A stretch of DNA of 56,483 bases from Patescibacteria group bacterium (GCA_023382875.1 JAHDXH010000005.1:1-56483), one strand, 5' to 3'; positions 18,887 through 28,430 are shown, numbered from the stretch's first letter. Numbers and translations: made by a program. Notes: generated from the letters alone by a model not told the origin.

Positions 18887-19783
18887 ATGAAACTCATTTC
18901 CGGTACATCCAATCTTCCTTTAGCTCAAAAAATTGCCGACCAATTGGGCTCACCACTCCTTGATGTGGAAATCACTAAGTTTGCTAATGGTGAAAAAAGA
19001 GTTTGGGTCAAAGATAAAATTGCCGGCGAAAATGTTAGCTTGGTCCAATCTTTTAATAATCCTGTAGATGAAAATATTGTCGAAACTTTACTCATCATCG
19101 ATGCCCTAGAGCGCGCTGGAGCGCGCCACATCAACTTGATCATTCCTTGGATGGGTTATTCACTTCAGGATAAAGTCTTTAGAGAGGGTGAACCAATCGC
19201 CGCTAGAGTTATCGCTGACTTGCTTTCCAACTCACATGCCAAACGAGCGGTTTTACTCGACTTACACAACTCAAGTATTCCTGGATTTTTCTCGATTCCC
19301 ACTCAACACTTACTGGCTCTCAATCCTTTCGCCGAATACATCAGAGAAAATTTCAACCAAAATGAAACTATCATTGTCAGTCCTGACTTTGGTGGCTTGA
19401 AAAGAGCTCGCACCTTTGCCGAGCTACTAGGACTTGAGCTCGAAAATATCGACAAACATCGTGACCTTACGACCGGCAAAGTTACCCCCAAAGGCGTCAC
19501 TGGTGATGTCGAAGGCAAAATTTGTATTATCTACGATGATGTCATCAACACCGGCGGAACAGTGGTCGAAGTCGCCAAATTCCTCAAAGAAAAAGGTGCT
19601 AAAGAAGTGCACTTCTTAGTGACACACGGACTTTTTGCTGGCGATGGACTGATGAAAATGGAAGATCCAAGCATTGATAGTGTCGTCATCACCAACTCTA
19701 TTCATCACCTTAATCTGCCGCCAAAAATTAGAGTGATTGATGTGTCAAAATTATTGGCTGATTCAGTCAAAACTTGGGTCTAA
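18887..19783 (+). CDS. prs: ribose-phosphate pyrophosphokinase
   Basis: F.NGE, YS.QDK, DLH, VSPD.GG, DDVINTGGT, THGLF. Confidence 0.95.
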   Translation: MKLISGTSNLPLAQKIADQLGSPLLDVEITKFANGEKRVWVKDKIAGENVSLVQSFNNPVDENIVETLLIIDALERAGARHINLIIPWMGYSLQDKVFREGEPIAARVIADLLSNSHAKRAVLLDLHNSSIPGFFSIPTQHLLALNPFAEYIRENFNQNETIIVSPDFGGLKRARTFAELLGLELENIDKHRDLTTGKVTPKGVTGDVEGKICIIYDDVINTGGTVVEVAKFLKEKGAKEVHFLVTHGLFAGDGLMKMEDPSIDSVVITNSIHHLNLPPKIRVIDVSKLLADSVKTWV

Positions 19784-19897
19784 TTTTTTTAGCCAAAAAG
19801 CTCGTGTTATAATTTCGACAGAAATATTTTTTGATCGCCAAAAAAAATGTGATCAAAAGCCCTGGCTCCTAACCAAGGTTCGAAACTCTGTTTCGAA

Positions 19898-20051
19898 ATA
19901 GATGAGGACAAGTCTCGACCCTAACTCATCCGGCTCTGACCGTCACCAGCAATGAAGCTTAGAAATTCTAAGAAACCAAGGTGGTACCGCGGGTCAACAA
20001 CTCGCCCTTGCACACTAAATTAATACATTAGTGGTTGAGGGCGAGTTTTTT
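19898..20051 (+). promoter_or_regulatory. T-box riboswitch (Pro) with terminator
   Basis: T-box AAGGTGGTACCGCG; antiterminator CAAGG..CCTTG; terminator ACTCGCCCT..AGGGCGAGT+T6; short stem GATGAG..CCT-AA-CTCATC carrying a Pro codon. Confidence 0.88.
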
Positions 20052-20074
20052 GTTATCTCAACCAGAAAAAATAT

Positions 20075-21751
20075 ATGAAATACTCAAAACTTTTTGGCAA
20101 AACCTCATACGGCGACCAAAGCGGTTCAGGCATGATAAGCCACCAGCTATTAACTAAAGGCGGTTTTATTCGCGAGTCAGTTGCAGGACGTTACTTCTTT
20201 TTACCACTGGGGTGGAGGGTTCAAGAAAAAATTAAAGCTGTAATTAAAGATGAGATGGACAAAGCAGGGGCACAAGAAATGATTTCACCTGTTCTGCATC
20301 CTCTCGAACTGTGGAAAGAAACCAACCGCACCAACACGGCTGGTTTTGAGCTGATGCAAGTCACCGACCGTCGTGGTGGCGAATTTGCCCTTGGTGGTAC
20401 TGCAGAAGAAATGTTTGTCGATGTAGTTAGAAAATTCAATCTTTCTTACAAAGATTTACCTTTCAATATTTATCAATTCTCAACCAAATTTAGAGATGAA
20501 TTAAGAGCTCGAGGCGGCTTATTACGCGTCCGCGAATTTGTCATGAAGGATGCTTATTCTTTCCATACTGATGCTGAAGATTTCAAAAAAGAGTACGACA
20601 AAATGGCAGAGACCTATACCAAAATTTATCAACGCCTCGGATTGGAAACTCGCGTCGTCAAAGCTGATAACGGCTATATCGGCGGAGAATATTGTCATGA
20701 ATTTCAAGTTGAGCATCCTGAAGGAGAAGGCCGTTTCTTTGTTTCTGAAGATGGTTCTTATTGTGCACATGAAGATATTGCTGAATTTGCCAGAGATGAA
20801 AAAAACATTGGCGAAACTGAAGACGAATACCAGGTTGTCGATGCAGTTCGCGGTAAAACCATGAATGATGGCGTCGAACTTCATGGCAAACCTTTATGGC
20901 AACAAATAAAAAATGTCATGTTCGCTGACGAAAAAGGTAATTTGATTTTGGCTGTTATTAGAGGTGACTTAGATGTCAATGAAACCAAACTCAAAAATTT
21001 ATTAAAAGCTGCTCAACTGAGAGCTGCCGAAGACAATGAAATTTATGCCCTGGGCAGTGAGCCAGGCTTCATTTCTCCCGTAGGCATGAAGGGTAAAGTA
21101 AAAATTGTGGGTGATATTTCACTAAGAACAATCAAAAATGGCTACACCGGTGCCAATCAAAAAAATAAGGATGCCCTCAATGTCAACCTTGGTCGTGACT
21201 TCGATTTAGATTTGGAAGGTGATATTGCTATGGCAGAAGCCGGCTTTTTGAGCCCTGATGGTCAGAGTAAATTAGAGGAAAAAAGAGGCATTGAAGTAGG
21301 TAACATTTTCCAACTTGGATACCATTACTCCAATCTGATGAAGGATGCCAACTTTGTTGATAAAGATGGCCAGAAAAAACCCTACTACATGGGTTGTTAT
21401 GGCATTGGCCTTGGTCGCACTTTGGCCACAATAGTTGAGAAGCATCACGATGAAAAAGGCATTATTTGGCCAGAAAACATTGCTCCATATCAAGTTCATT
21501 TGATTGATATTAATGAAAATGAAAAAGCTCAAATGATTTATCAAACATTGATTGAGGCTGGCGTTGAAGTTTTGTGGGATGACCGCAGTGAAAATGCGGG
21601 TCGCAAATTCAACGACTCTGATTTACTAGGACTACCCATCAGATTAGTGGTATCTAAAAAAACTGGTGATCAAATTGAGTGGAAAAAACGCAGCGAAACT
21701 CAAGCCGAATTAATCAACCTTGACCAAGTGTTGGAAAGACTGAAACAATAA
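20075..21751 (+). CDS. proS: prolyl-tRNA synthetase with insertion/editing domain
   Basis: FRDELRARGGLLRVREF, EPGFISPVG, GIEVGNIF, MGCYGIG. Confidence 0.97.
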   Translation: MKYSKLFGKTSYGDQSGSGMISHQLLTKGGFIRESVAGRYFFLPLGWRVQEKIKAVIKDEMDKAGAQEMISPVLHPLELWKETNRTNTAGFELMQVTDRRGGEFALGGTAEEMFVDVVRKFNLSYKDLPFNIYQFSTKFRDELRARGGLLRVREFVMKDAYSFHTDAEDFKKEYDKMAETYTKIYQRLGLETRVVKADNGYIGGEYCHEFQVEHPEGEGRFFVSEDGSYCAHEDIAEFARDEKNIGETEDEYQVVDAVRGKTMNDGVELHGKPLWQQIKNVMFADEKGNLILAVIRGDLDVNETKLKNLLKAAQLRAAEDNEIYALGSEPGFISPVGMKGKVKIVGDISLRTIKNGYTGANQKNKDALNVNLGRDFDLDLEGDIAMAEAGFLSPDGQSKLEEKRGIEVGNIFQLGYHYSNLMKDANFVDKDGQKKPYYMGCYGIGLGRTLATIVEKHHDEKGIIWPENIAPYQVHLIDINENEKAQMIYQTLIEAGVEVLWDDRSENAGRKFNDSDLLGLPIRLVVSKKTGDQIEWKKRSETQAELINLDQVLERLKQ

Positions 21752-21763
21752 TCCTAATTAACT

Positions 21764-22102
21764 ATGGATCAAAATTACAAAAATTTAGTTTTTACCAAAC
21801 ACGCTTTGGAAAGATTGGGCGACAGAAGCATCTCAATGGATGCTATTTGGCAGACCGTTAGCCATCCGGATAAAAAGTTCAAAAACGATGGCAATAGCAC
21901 CAAATTTATTCGCAGAGTAAATGGCCGGAAAATTCATGCTGTAGCCACCTTTCTAAATAAAGAAAATAAATGGTTGGTTGTTTCTGTCTGGGTGAGGGGA
22001 GAAGATGACAAGCAACCTTTAGTCTGGCAAATTATTACCTTACCATTTAAAATCCTGTGGTGGCTTGTAAAAGCGATCTTTAAAACCCTGAGCAAAAATT
22101 AA
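21764..22102 (+). CDS. DUF4258-like protein with amphipathic C-terminus
   Basis: FTKHALERL..R.I motif, VVSVW strand. Confidence 0.6.
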   Translation: MDQNYKNLVFTKHALERLGDRSISMDAIWQTVSHPDKKFKNDGNSTKFIRRVNGRKIHAVATFLNKENKWLVVSVWVRGEDDKQPLVWQIITLPFKILWWLVKAIFKTLSKN

Positions 22103-22311
22103 AAACTCAACCTATAACAGTTTTTTTCATAGCCAATAAATTTGTTATACGTTCTCTTTTCAACCCTTTTTGGGGCTGGGTTTTTTCTGCGTCAATGTAT
22201 ATATTACTATCAATATCCCGGTGAGGAGCCCGCTGCGATCAACTAATTTTAAGTTGACTGCGGCGGGTAATTTTTTATCCATTTTCCAAAAAAAACAAAA
22301 GACAAACTCGT

Positions 22312-22388
22312 AATTAGTAATATTATTTTTGAGTTGATCTTGATGAAGGATTGAGTCACACATCAATGAAAAAATAATATTACTAATT
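22312..22388 (+). repeat. GA-mismatch hairpin element, copy B
   Basis: 19-bp perfect basal stem, GA/GA, GTTGAT/ATCAAT, apex TGAT-GAAGGATTGA-GTCA. Confidence 0.8.
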
Positions 22389-22418
22389 CTCGATGTTAGT
22401 CTGGTGTATACTACCTTC

Positions 22419-23291
22419 ATGGACAGAAAACTCATTGTTACCCACCACGCACCAGATTTAGACGCCGTCGGCTCAGTTTGGATGCTAAAACGCTTTGACG
22501 CTCAAGATTTTGCCGATAGTCATTTAGCTTTTGTTAACCCAGGTGAACAAATCAGCCTCGCCGAAGCTGAAGAACAAGGTTTTCAACTTCATGAAGTTAC
22601 CCACGTCGATACCGGACTTGGTGAATTTGATCACCACCAGCCAGAACAAGCTGGACCTAACATTTGTGCCACTTCATTAGTTTACGACCACGCTTGTCAA
22701 ATTCATCCCGAATTAAGTGAAGACAAAGCTCTAAAAATTATTGTCAAATATATTACAGAAATCGACCACTTTGGTGAAATTTTTTGGCCCAATGCCAACG
22801 ACACCAAATATCACTTCATGATCCATGAATTAATTCGTGGTTTAGAGTACCTAGAGCCCCATAACGACGAGTCGCAGATGCAATTTGGGCTAACATGCCT
22901 TGATAGCGTTTATGCCGTTTTAACCCAGCACCTAAAAGCTGAAGAAATCATTGAAGAAAAGGGCGAGAAATTTAAGTTAAGTTTTGGGGAAGCGCTGGCG
23001 CTCGACACTAGAAACGACGACACTCTCAAAGTCGCTCAAAAAATGGGCTATGTCCTAGTTGTCAGAAAAGATACAAAGCTTGGCAATATTCGTATTAAAG
23101 TTCGTCCTGATGCCCCAATTGATTTGAAGCCCCTTTATGAGAAAGTTTTGAAAAATGATAAAACCGGTACCTGGTTTTACCATGCTAGCGGCAAGATGCT
23201 TATCAATGGCTCGGTCAAGCATAGAAGTCAAACTCCCAGTCCATTATCATTAACTCAAATAGTTGATTTAATCAAAGAAGTTTATGAATGA
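22419..23291 (+). CDS. DHH/MYG1-like phosphoesterase
   Basis: THHAPDLDA, VDTGLGEFDHHQ, CAT, IDH motifs; leaderless start 6 nt after TATACT. Confidence 0.7.
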   Translation: MDRKLIVTHHAPDLDAVGSVWMLKRFDAQDFADSHLAFVNPGEQISLAEAEEQGFQLHEVTHVDTGLGEFDHHQPEQAGPNICATSLVYDHACQIHPELSEDKALKIIVKYITEIDHFGEIFWPNANDTKYHFMIHELIRGLEYLEPHNDESQMQFGLTCLDSVYAVLTQHLKAEEIIEEKGEKFKLSFGEALALDTRNDDTLKVAQKMGYVLVVRKDTKLGNIRIKVRPDAPIDLKPLYEKVLKNDKTGTWFYHASGKMLINGSVKHRSQTPSPLSLTQIVDLIKEVYE

Positions 23292-23661
23292 AACTAATTG
23301 CCTTTTTTGCAAAATTATCGCTAAACAAATCCCCAGCACTATTCGCTATGAAGATGAAAATTGGCTAGCCTTCGACGACATCCATAAATCAGCTCCAGAA
23401 CATGTTTTACTTATCCCAAAAATCCACTACAAATCTCTAGAAGAGGTAGAAGCTAACGACAGCCAATTTCATAACGATCTACTTAAGACAGCTAGAAAAA
23501 TCGCTAGCCAAATTGGTATTAACGATAACTATAAGCTTTTTATGAATGTGGGCGACAAAGTTCAAATGATCCACCACCTTCACCTCCACCTCATGGGCGG
23601 TTGGTCAAAAGACATTACTACCGAGGAATTGGACAATCAATCTAATCAGGTTTTAAATTAA
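23284..23661 (+). CDS. HIT family (HinT-like) nucleotide hydrolase
   Basis: CLFCKII, HVLLIPK, HLHLHLMGG triad. Confidence 0.92.
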   Translation: MNETNCLFCKIIAKQIPSTIRYEDENWLAFDDIHKSAPEHVLLIPKIHYKSLEEVEANDSQFHNDLLKTARKIASQIGINDNYKLFMNVGDKVQMIHHLHLHLMGGWSKDITTEELDNQSNQVLN

Positions 23662-25721
23662 TTTTTAAAAACTGAAATCAAAAAGCCAATATGCTCATCA
23701 GCGGTTTTACCGATTAAGTCCAAGCCTTCATTAATATCGTCTCTTGAAACGTTGGCGGCAAAAGATTTGTCTTTGAGTTTTTTCTTGACTGATTTTGCTT
23801 CCATATCAACGAAGCCATTTGGTCTCATCAAAGAAATTGCATGCATCAAACCAGATAGTTCATCGCAAGCAAATAAATATCTTTCAATCAAAGTTTCTGG
23901 ATTTTTGCCAGTTCTACCTGGCGCATGAGCTTTAATCGCTTCAATCAAAACACTTGGATAATCGGTCAAAATTTCGGTGACAGCTTTATTAGGATGTTCA
24001 TCTGGGAACATTTCCCAGTCCAAATCATGAAGTAAACCAGCTTGATACCAAAGTTCACTATCTTCACCAAGTTCTTGGGCGTAAGCCTCCATCGCTCTTG
24101 CTACCATTTGGCAATGGTGACGCAATGCTTCACTTTTAATATATTCATCCAATAAAGCTTCAGCTTGAGAGCGAGGCGGTAATCCAGCAGTTGCCTCAGC
24201 TTTTGGCTTGGAAGCTGGAGCTGACTTAACAGCCGGCTCTGTGGATTTTTGAGCTTGGCCATTTTCCTGAGAAACTGGTCTGATTGGTCTTAGAGTAGGG
24301 AAGGCAATGACTTCTTTAATACTCCAAGTATTAGTTAAGAACATCACCAAACGATCAATACCCATACCAATACCTCCGAGTGGTGGCATACCATATTCCA
24401 TTGCTTCCAAATAATCTTCATCCATTGGATGAGCTTCGGCATCGCCGGCTCTCATTCTTTTTTGTTCACCAGCAAAAATATTTCTTTGGTCGATCGAATC
24501 GGTAATCTCACTCCAGCCATCAGCTAATTCTTTACCACCAATGTAACACTCAAATCTTTCAGCAAGCTTATCATTGTGACGATGTTTTTTAGCCAAAGGA
24601 CTAACGTCACGTGGATAATCTCTAACCCAAGTTGGAGCAATTAAATGACCCGTCACTAATTTATCAAACAAACTAAACATTGCTTTGCCTCTGGTATATT
24701 CACCAATCAATTCAATGTTGTTTTGGCGCATTTTGGTTTGAATCTGCTCATCACTCATCTCCTCAAACTGGATGTCTGCATATTTGGCCAGAGCCTCAAC
24801 CATGGTAATTCTTTCCCATTTTCCACCCAGATCAACTTCTTGGTCGTAAACTTGAAGCATAGTGGAGCCATTAAGTTTTTGCACCAAGTGTTTGATCAAA
24901 GCTTCTGCGGTATTCATCATGACGTCGTAGTCAGCATAGGCGTGATACCACTCAATCATAGTGAATTCTGGTTGGTGAGTCTGGTCAATGCCTTCATTTC
25001 TAAAGTTGCGAGCAATTTCAAAAATTCTTTCATAACCACCAACAACCAATCTTTTCAAATAAAGTTCAGGAGCTAAACGCAAATAAAAATCAGTATCCAA
25101 AGCATTCATGTGGGTAGTGAATGGAGTAGCATTAGTACCACCATAAAGTGGTTGCAAAATTGGAGTTTCGACTTCGATAAAGTTGTATTCGTCTTGCAGG
25201 AAGCGACGCACTTCGCGAAGAATCAGCCAACGAGCGTCGAGAATTTTTTTGGTTTGAGGATTAACCAATAAATCTAAATATCTTTTTCTAAAACGAACTT
25301 CTTTGTCATCAGAGGCATTCCAAGCTGATGGCAGTGGTCTCAAGGCTTTGCCGTGGAATTCAAAATCAGAGGCAGTAATTGTAATTTCACCGGTGCGAGT
25401 TGGTGCAACTTCGCCTTCAACACCCAAAAAGTCACCAGCATCAATAAAGGTCAGTTGAGCAAATTTTTCACCCAAGTTTTTGGCATGAAGTAAAACCTGA
25501 ATTTTGCCAGTAGTGTCCTGTAAATCTAAAAAGACAACCTGGCCATGAGCTCTAATACTCATGATACGACCAGCAGTTTTAACACTTTTGCCATCGCTAG
25601 CCAAAGCTTCAGCAACAGAGTGAGTTTTGTTGTAAAAATATGGATGAATAGTTACACCCATATTTTCTAAGCTTTGTCTTTTTTCTTTTTTCGCCTGAAT
25701 TGTGTCGTCAATTCTTGACAT
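23658..25721 (-). CDS. lysS: class II lysyl-tRNA synthetase fused to a C-terminal HD domain
   Basis: OB anticodon domain, YLRLAPELYLKRL, FRNEGID, YGMPPLGGIGMGIDR; after a linker, H...GLLHDLD...H...D HD-domain motifs. Confidence 0.93.
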   Translation of the reverse strand: MSRIDDTIQAKKEKRQSLENMGVTIHPYFYNKTHSVAEALASDGKSVKTAGRIMSIRAHGQVVFLDLQDTTGKIQVLLHAKNLGEKFAQLTFIDAGDFLGVEGEVAPTRTGEITITASDFEFHGKALRPLPSAWNASDDKEVRFRKRYLDLLVNPQTKKILDARWLILREVRRFLQDEYNFIEVETPILQPLYGGTNATPFTTHMNALDTDFYLRLAPELYLKRLVVGGYERIFEIARNFRNEGIDQTHQPEFTMIEWYHAYADYDVMMNTAEALIKHLVQKLNGSTMLQVYDQEVDLGGKWERITMVEALAKYADIQFEEMSDEQIQTKMRQNNIELIGEYTRGKAMFSLFDKLVTGHLIAPTWVRDYPRDVSPLAKKHRHNDKLAERFECYIGGKELADGWSEITDSIDQRNIFAGEQKRMRAGDAEAHPMDEDYLEAMEYGMPPLGGIGMGIDRLVMFLTNTWSIKEVIAFPTLRPIRPVSQENGQAQKSTEPAVKSAPASKPKAEATAGLPPRSQAEALLDEYIKSEALRHHCQMVARAMEAYAQELGEDSELWYQAGLLHDLDWEMFPDEHPNKAVTEILTDYPSVLIEAIKAHAPGRTGKNPETLIERYLFACDELSGLMHAISLMRPNGFVDMEAKSVKKKLKDKSFAANVSRDDINEGLDLIGKTADEHIGFLISVFKN

Positions 25722-25771
25722 ATTAATTTTCTTTCTTCTCTAGTATGTATATTATAACCTGATAAATTAAC

Positions 25772-25802
25772 AAAAAACCCCGCCTTTTAAGTGCGGGGTT
25801 TT
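25772..25802 (-). terminator. intrinsic terminator after greA
   Basis: AACCCCGC...GCGGGGTT stem with T-tract. Confidence 0.8.
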
Positions 25803-25817
25803 GGATTTTCTTAACGT

Positions 25818-26303
25818 TTATTTGATTTCATCTATTACGTAAGTCACCATCCCCGCAGGGGCCTTAACCTGAGCCTTGTCATCCTTGCTCTTACCAAGTA
25901 ATGCTTTGCCGATAGGTGATTCACTAGAAACTTTGCCTTCAAGTGGGTTAGATTCGAATTCACCCACAATATGGAAAGTGAATTTTTTATTTGGTTTGCC
26001 ATCAATGTGAACAATGACAGTGGTACCCATACCAACTTTTGATTTGCTGGTAGTAGCTTTGACAATTTGAGCTGTGTTCAAAACATCTTCGATTTCACTA
26101 ATTCGTGATTCAAGGAAGTTTTGCTCTTCTTTGGCATTGGTATATTCAGCATTTTCACTCAAGTCGCCATGAGCGCGAGCTGCAGCCACTCTTTGCACCA
26201 CGTGAGGCAATTTAACCTCTTTGAGCTCTTTGAGCTCTTGGCCTAATTCGTCAAATCCTTGTTGCGTCAACTGAACAGTTTTTTTGTATTGTTTTGCTGG
26301 CAT
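25818..26303 (-). CDS. greA: transcription elongation factor GreA
   Basis: ARAHGDLSENAEY, SPIGKALLG; start MPAKQ after AGAAAGG. Confidence 0.95.
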   Translation of the reverse strand: MPAKQYKKTVQLTQQGFDELGQELKELKEVKLPHVVQRVAAARAHGDLSENAEYTNAKEEQNFLESRISEIEDVLNTAQIVKATTSKSKVGMGTTVIVHIDGKPNKKFTFHIVGEFESNPLEGKVSSESPIGKALLGKSKDDKAQVKAPAGMVTYVIDEIK

Positions 26304-26452
26304 AATTGCCTTTCTAATAATCGTCCCGACACTACTTGAGGGTCGGGAGCGTTTCATCAATTTTTTTGTCCCCACAAGTTTATAATCAACCAACAGTTAT
26401 GTACAGGCTTTATCTACTCGAGATAAATAACCCATAGTTTATGAACAAAAGC

Positions 26453-28213
26453 CTACTTAACTGTAACTGACTTGGCTAAATTTCTTGGTTTATCAGGATC
26501 TAAATTTTTAGCTTTAGCCAAATATAAACCCAGCAATTGTACCAGAACCGCTTCCAGTAAAACGTTAGCATTTGGAACTGATTCAAAAGATAACCATTCA
26601 TCAAAAACCTGATGAAAATAGGGTGAAATACCAAGTATTTTACCCCCACGTGCTTTAATTTCTTCAGCATTGGCCAGAATATTAGCATCTTCCTCATCTC
26701 CACCCACAATCACAATTGTCCAAGTTCCTGGTTCAATTAAGGCAATGACTCCGTGTTTGAGCTCACCACCAGCAAAAGCTTCAAAGTGCAAATAAGCAGC
26801 TTCTTTTGCTTTGAGAGCGCACTCCAGAGCAATGGGGTAGTGAACACCACGTCCCAAAACAAAAACATGATTTTGTATACTCAAAAGATTTGCTATTTTT
26901 GCAACTTTGTCTAAATTTTCCGCTAAAAATAGCTTTCTAATATTTTTACTAGCCAAAGCCAAATTCTTAGTGGTTGCTTTGAGTTGTTTATTTAAACTAG
27001 AACAAATCAACAGCCAAGCGGTTATTTTTGCCACAAATGCTTTGGTAGAAACCACGCTGATTTCGGGACCAGCTTGCAGATGAAAACTTAAAGTTGATTC
27101 TCGGTCCAATGTCGAACTAATCCGATTAACTAATGCCAACAACTTTCTTTTCTTTTTCTTCAAAAATCCAACCTGCTCAATTAAATCAATAGTTTCACCA
27201 CTTTGTGACAAAAAAATTGGCAAAGTACTTTTTTTTATATTTTTCAAAAACAAACTCGCTTCACCCCCAGAGTAGGCTGTAGCAATGCGACTAACTTGGG
27301 CCAATAAATATTGACCAATCAAAGCTGCATAATAAGCTGTGCCGCAGCCGATCAAAAAAAACTCATCGTGTTGGTTTAGCAAAGATAAAAGCGATTTTTC
27401 TTGATTTTTGTAAGTGGAAATTAGCTTTTCAATGACAGTTGGAATTTCATTGATTTCCTTTTCAATAAAAAAATCGAAACCATCTTTTTGTAAATCTGAT
27501 ACTTCAAGATCTAGCATCTGCCAAGTAATTTTTTTACTTTTTTTAGTCTTAGCCGAGAAAAGCCGATCGCCAATGAAAACTTCACCTTCCTTAATGAAAT
27601 AAACTTTTTTTGTGTATGGAAGAAGGGCAATAGCATCACTGGCAAAATAATACCCGCCATCATTTTGACTAAAAACTAGTGGTGAACCATGACGATATGC
27701 CAAAACATTGTTGTTTTTCTTATCCAAAACAACAAATGCATTCAGTCCTTTAACTTTGGCCAGTGATTTGAAAAATGCCTCCTCAACTGACAGACTTTGG
27801 GCATTAAATGCCAAAAGATGAGCAAAGACTTCTGAGTCTGTCTCTGATTTGAAAACTAAATTAGGAATTTGTTTTTGTAACTCATCTTTAAGCTGTAAGT
27901 AGTTTTCAATAATTCCATTGTGAACAATTGCAAACCGACCATCAAAACTAAGATGCGGGTGAGCATTCTGCTTTGTCACGCCACCATGTGTAGCCCAACG
28001 CGTATGACCAATGCCGGCCAAAGAATCTGAGGTATTGGCAAGAACCGTACTGCCAATTTTTCCCGTGTCTTTTTCAACCAAAATTGTGTCATTTTCTATT
28101 GTCGCCACACCCCATGAATCATAACCACGATATTCAAGAGTTTTAAGTTCAGTCAATATTTCCCTATTTATAGCTCTTTTTTCTTTTACCACCATCCCAA
28201 AAATTCCACACAT
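26453..28213 (-). CDS. glmS: glutamine--fructose-6-phosphate aminotransferase
   Basis: start MCGIFG (Ntn Cys), LEYRGYDS, GHTRWATHG, SQSGET, ELKHG, PRNLAKSVT. Confidence 0.97.
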   Translation of the reverse strand: MCGIFGMVVKEKRAINREILTELKTLEYRGYDSWGVATIENDTILVEKDTGKIGSTVLANTSDSLAGIGHTRWATHGGVTKQNAHPHLSFDGRFAIVHNGIIENYLQLKDELQKQIPNLVFKSETDSEVFAHLLAFNAQSLSVEEAFFKSLAKVKGLNAFVVLDKKNNNVLAYRHGSPLVFSQNDGGYYFASDAIALLPYTKKVYFIKEGEVFIGDRLFSAKTKKSKKITWQMLDLEVSDLQKDGFDFFIEKEINEIPTVIEKLISTYKNQEKSLLSLLNQHDEFFLIGCGTAYYAALIGQYLLAQVSRIATAYSGGEASLFLKNIKKSTLPIFLSQSGETIDLIEQVGFLKKKKRKLLALVNRISSTLDRESTLSFHLQAGPEISVVSTKAFVAKITAWLLICSSLNKQLKATTKNLALASKNIRKLFLAENLDKVAKIANLLSIQNHVFVLGRGVHYPIALECALKAKEAAYLHFEAFAGGELKHGVIALIEPGTWTIVIVGGDEEDANILANAEEIKARGGKILGISPYFHQVFDEWLSFESVPNANVLLEAVLVQLLGLYLAKAKNLDPDKPRNLAKSVTVK

Positions 28214-28258
28214 AAATGTGCCTTTCACAAAAGACCAAAAGGGAGAGTTGGTTGTGCA

Positions 28259-28430
28259 AAATGCCTCTTTATTTTTGATCTCACGATCAACTTTTGAAGA
28301 CAAATTTAACGATGACACCACACCGAAGGGTTTCCGCAGATACTCAGCTCAAATTAGTTGAGCTGGTCCGATTGTGCTTCAAAGCACCCCTTTCCTCGTT
28401 TCCTAGTTTTCATCCTAGGCCACACGCCAT
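28259..28430 (-). ncRNA. glmS ribozyme-riboswitch (variant)
   Basis: in the glmS 5' leader: GGCGTGTGG-P1(CCTAG/CTAGG)-AACGAGG-AAGGG...ATCGG...TGCGG-CCCTT-CGGTG/CATCG-TTA, then P4 with CAAAA bulge and GTGA tetraloop; element order matches the canonical glmS RNA. Confidence 0.78.

Noticed and set aside
21337-21347. GATGAAGGAT core inside proS (and a similar core near 45341-45349)
   Set aside because: No flanking stems or GA/GA mismatch; it is ordinary coding sequence, not a fourth hairpin copy.
22160-22435. 91-aa minus-strand ORF
   Set aside because: It overlaps the DHH gene start and runs through hairpin copy B with implausible composition. Only the last 40 codons are kept as a weak candidate.
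26322-26349. hairpin TCCCGAC/GTCGGGA in the greA leader
   Set aside because: A single stem with no U-tract or recognisable motif; not enough to call a regulatory RNA.
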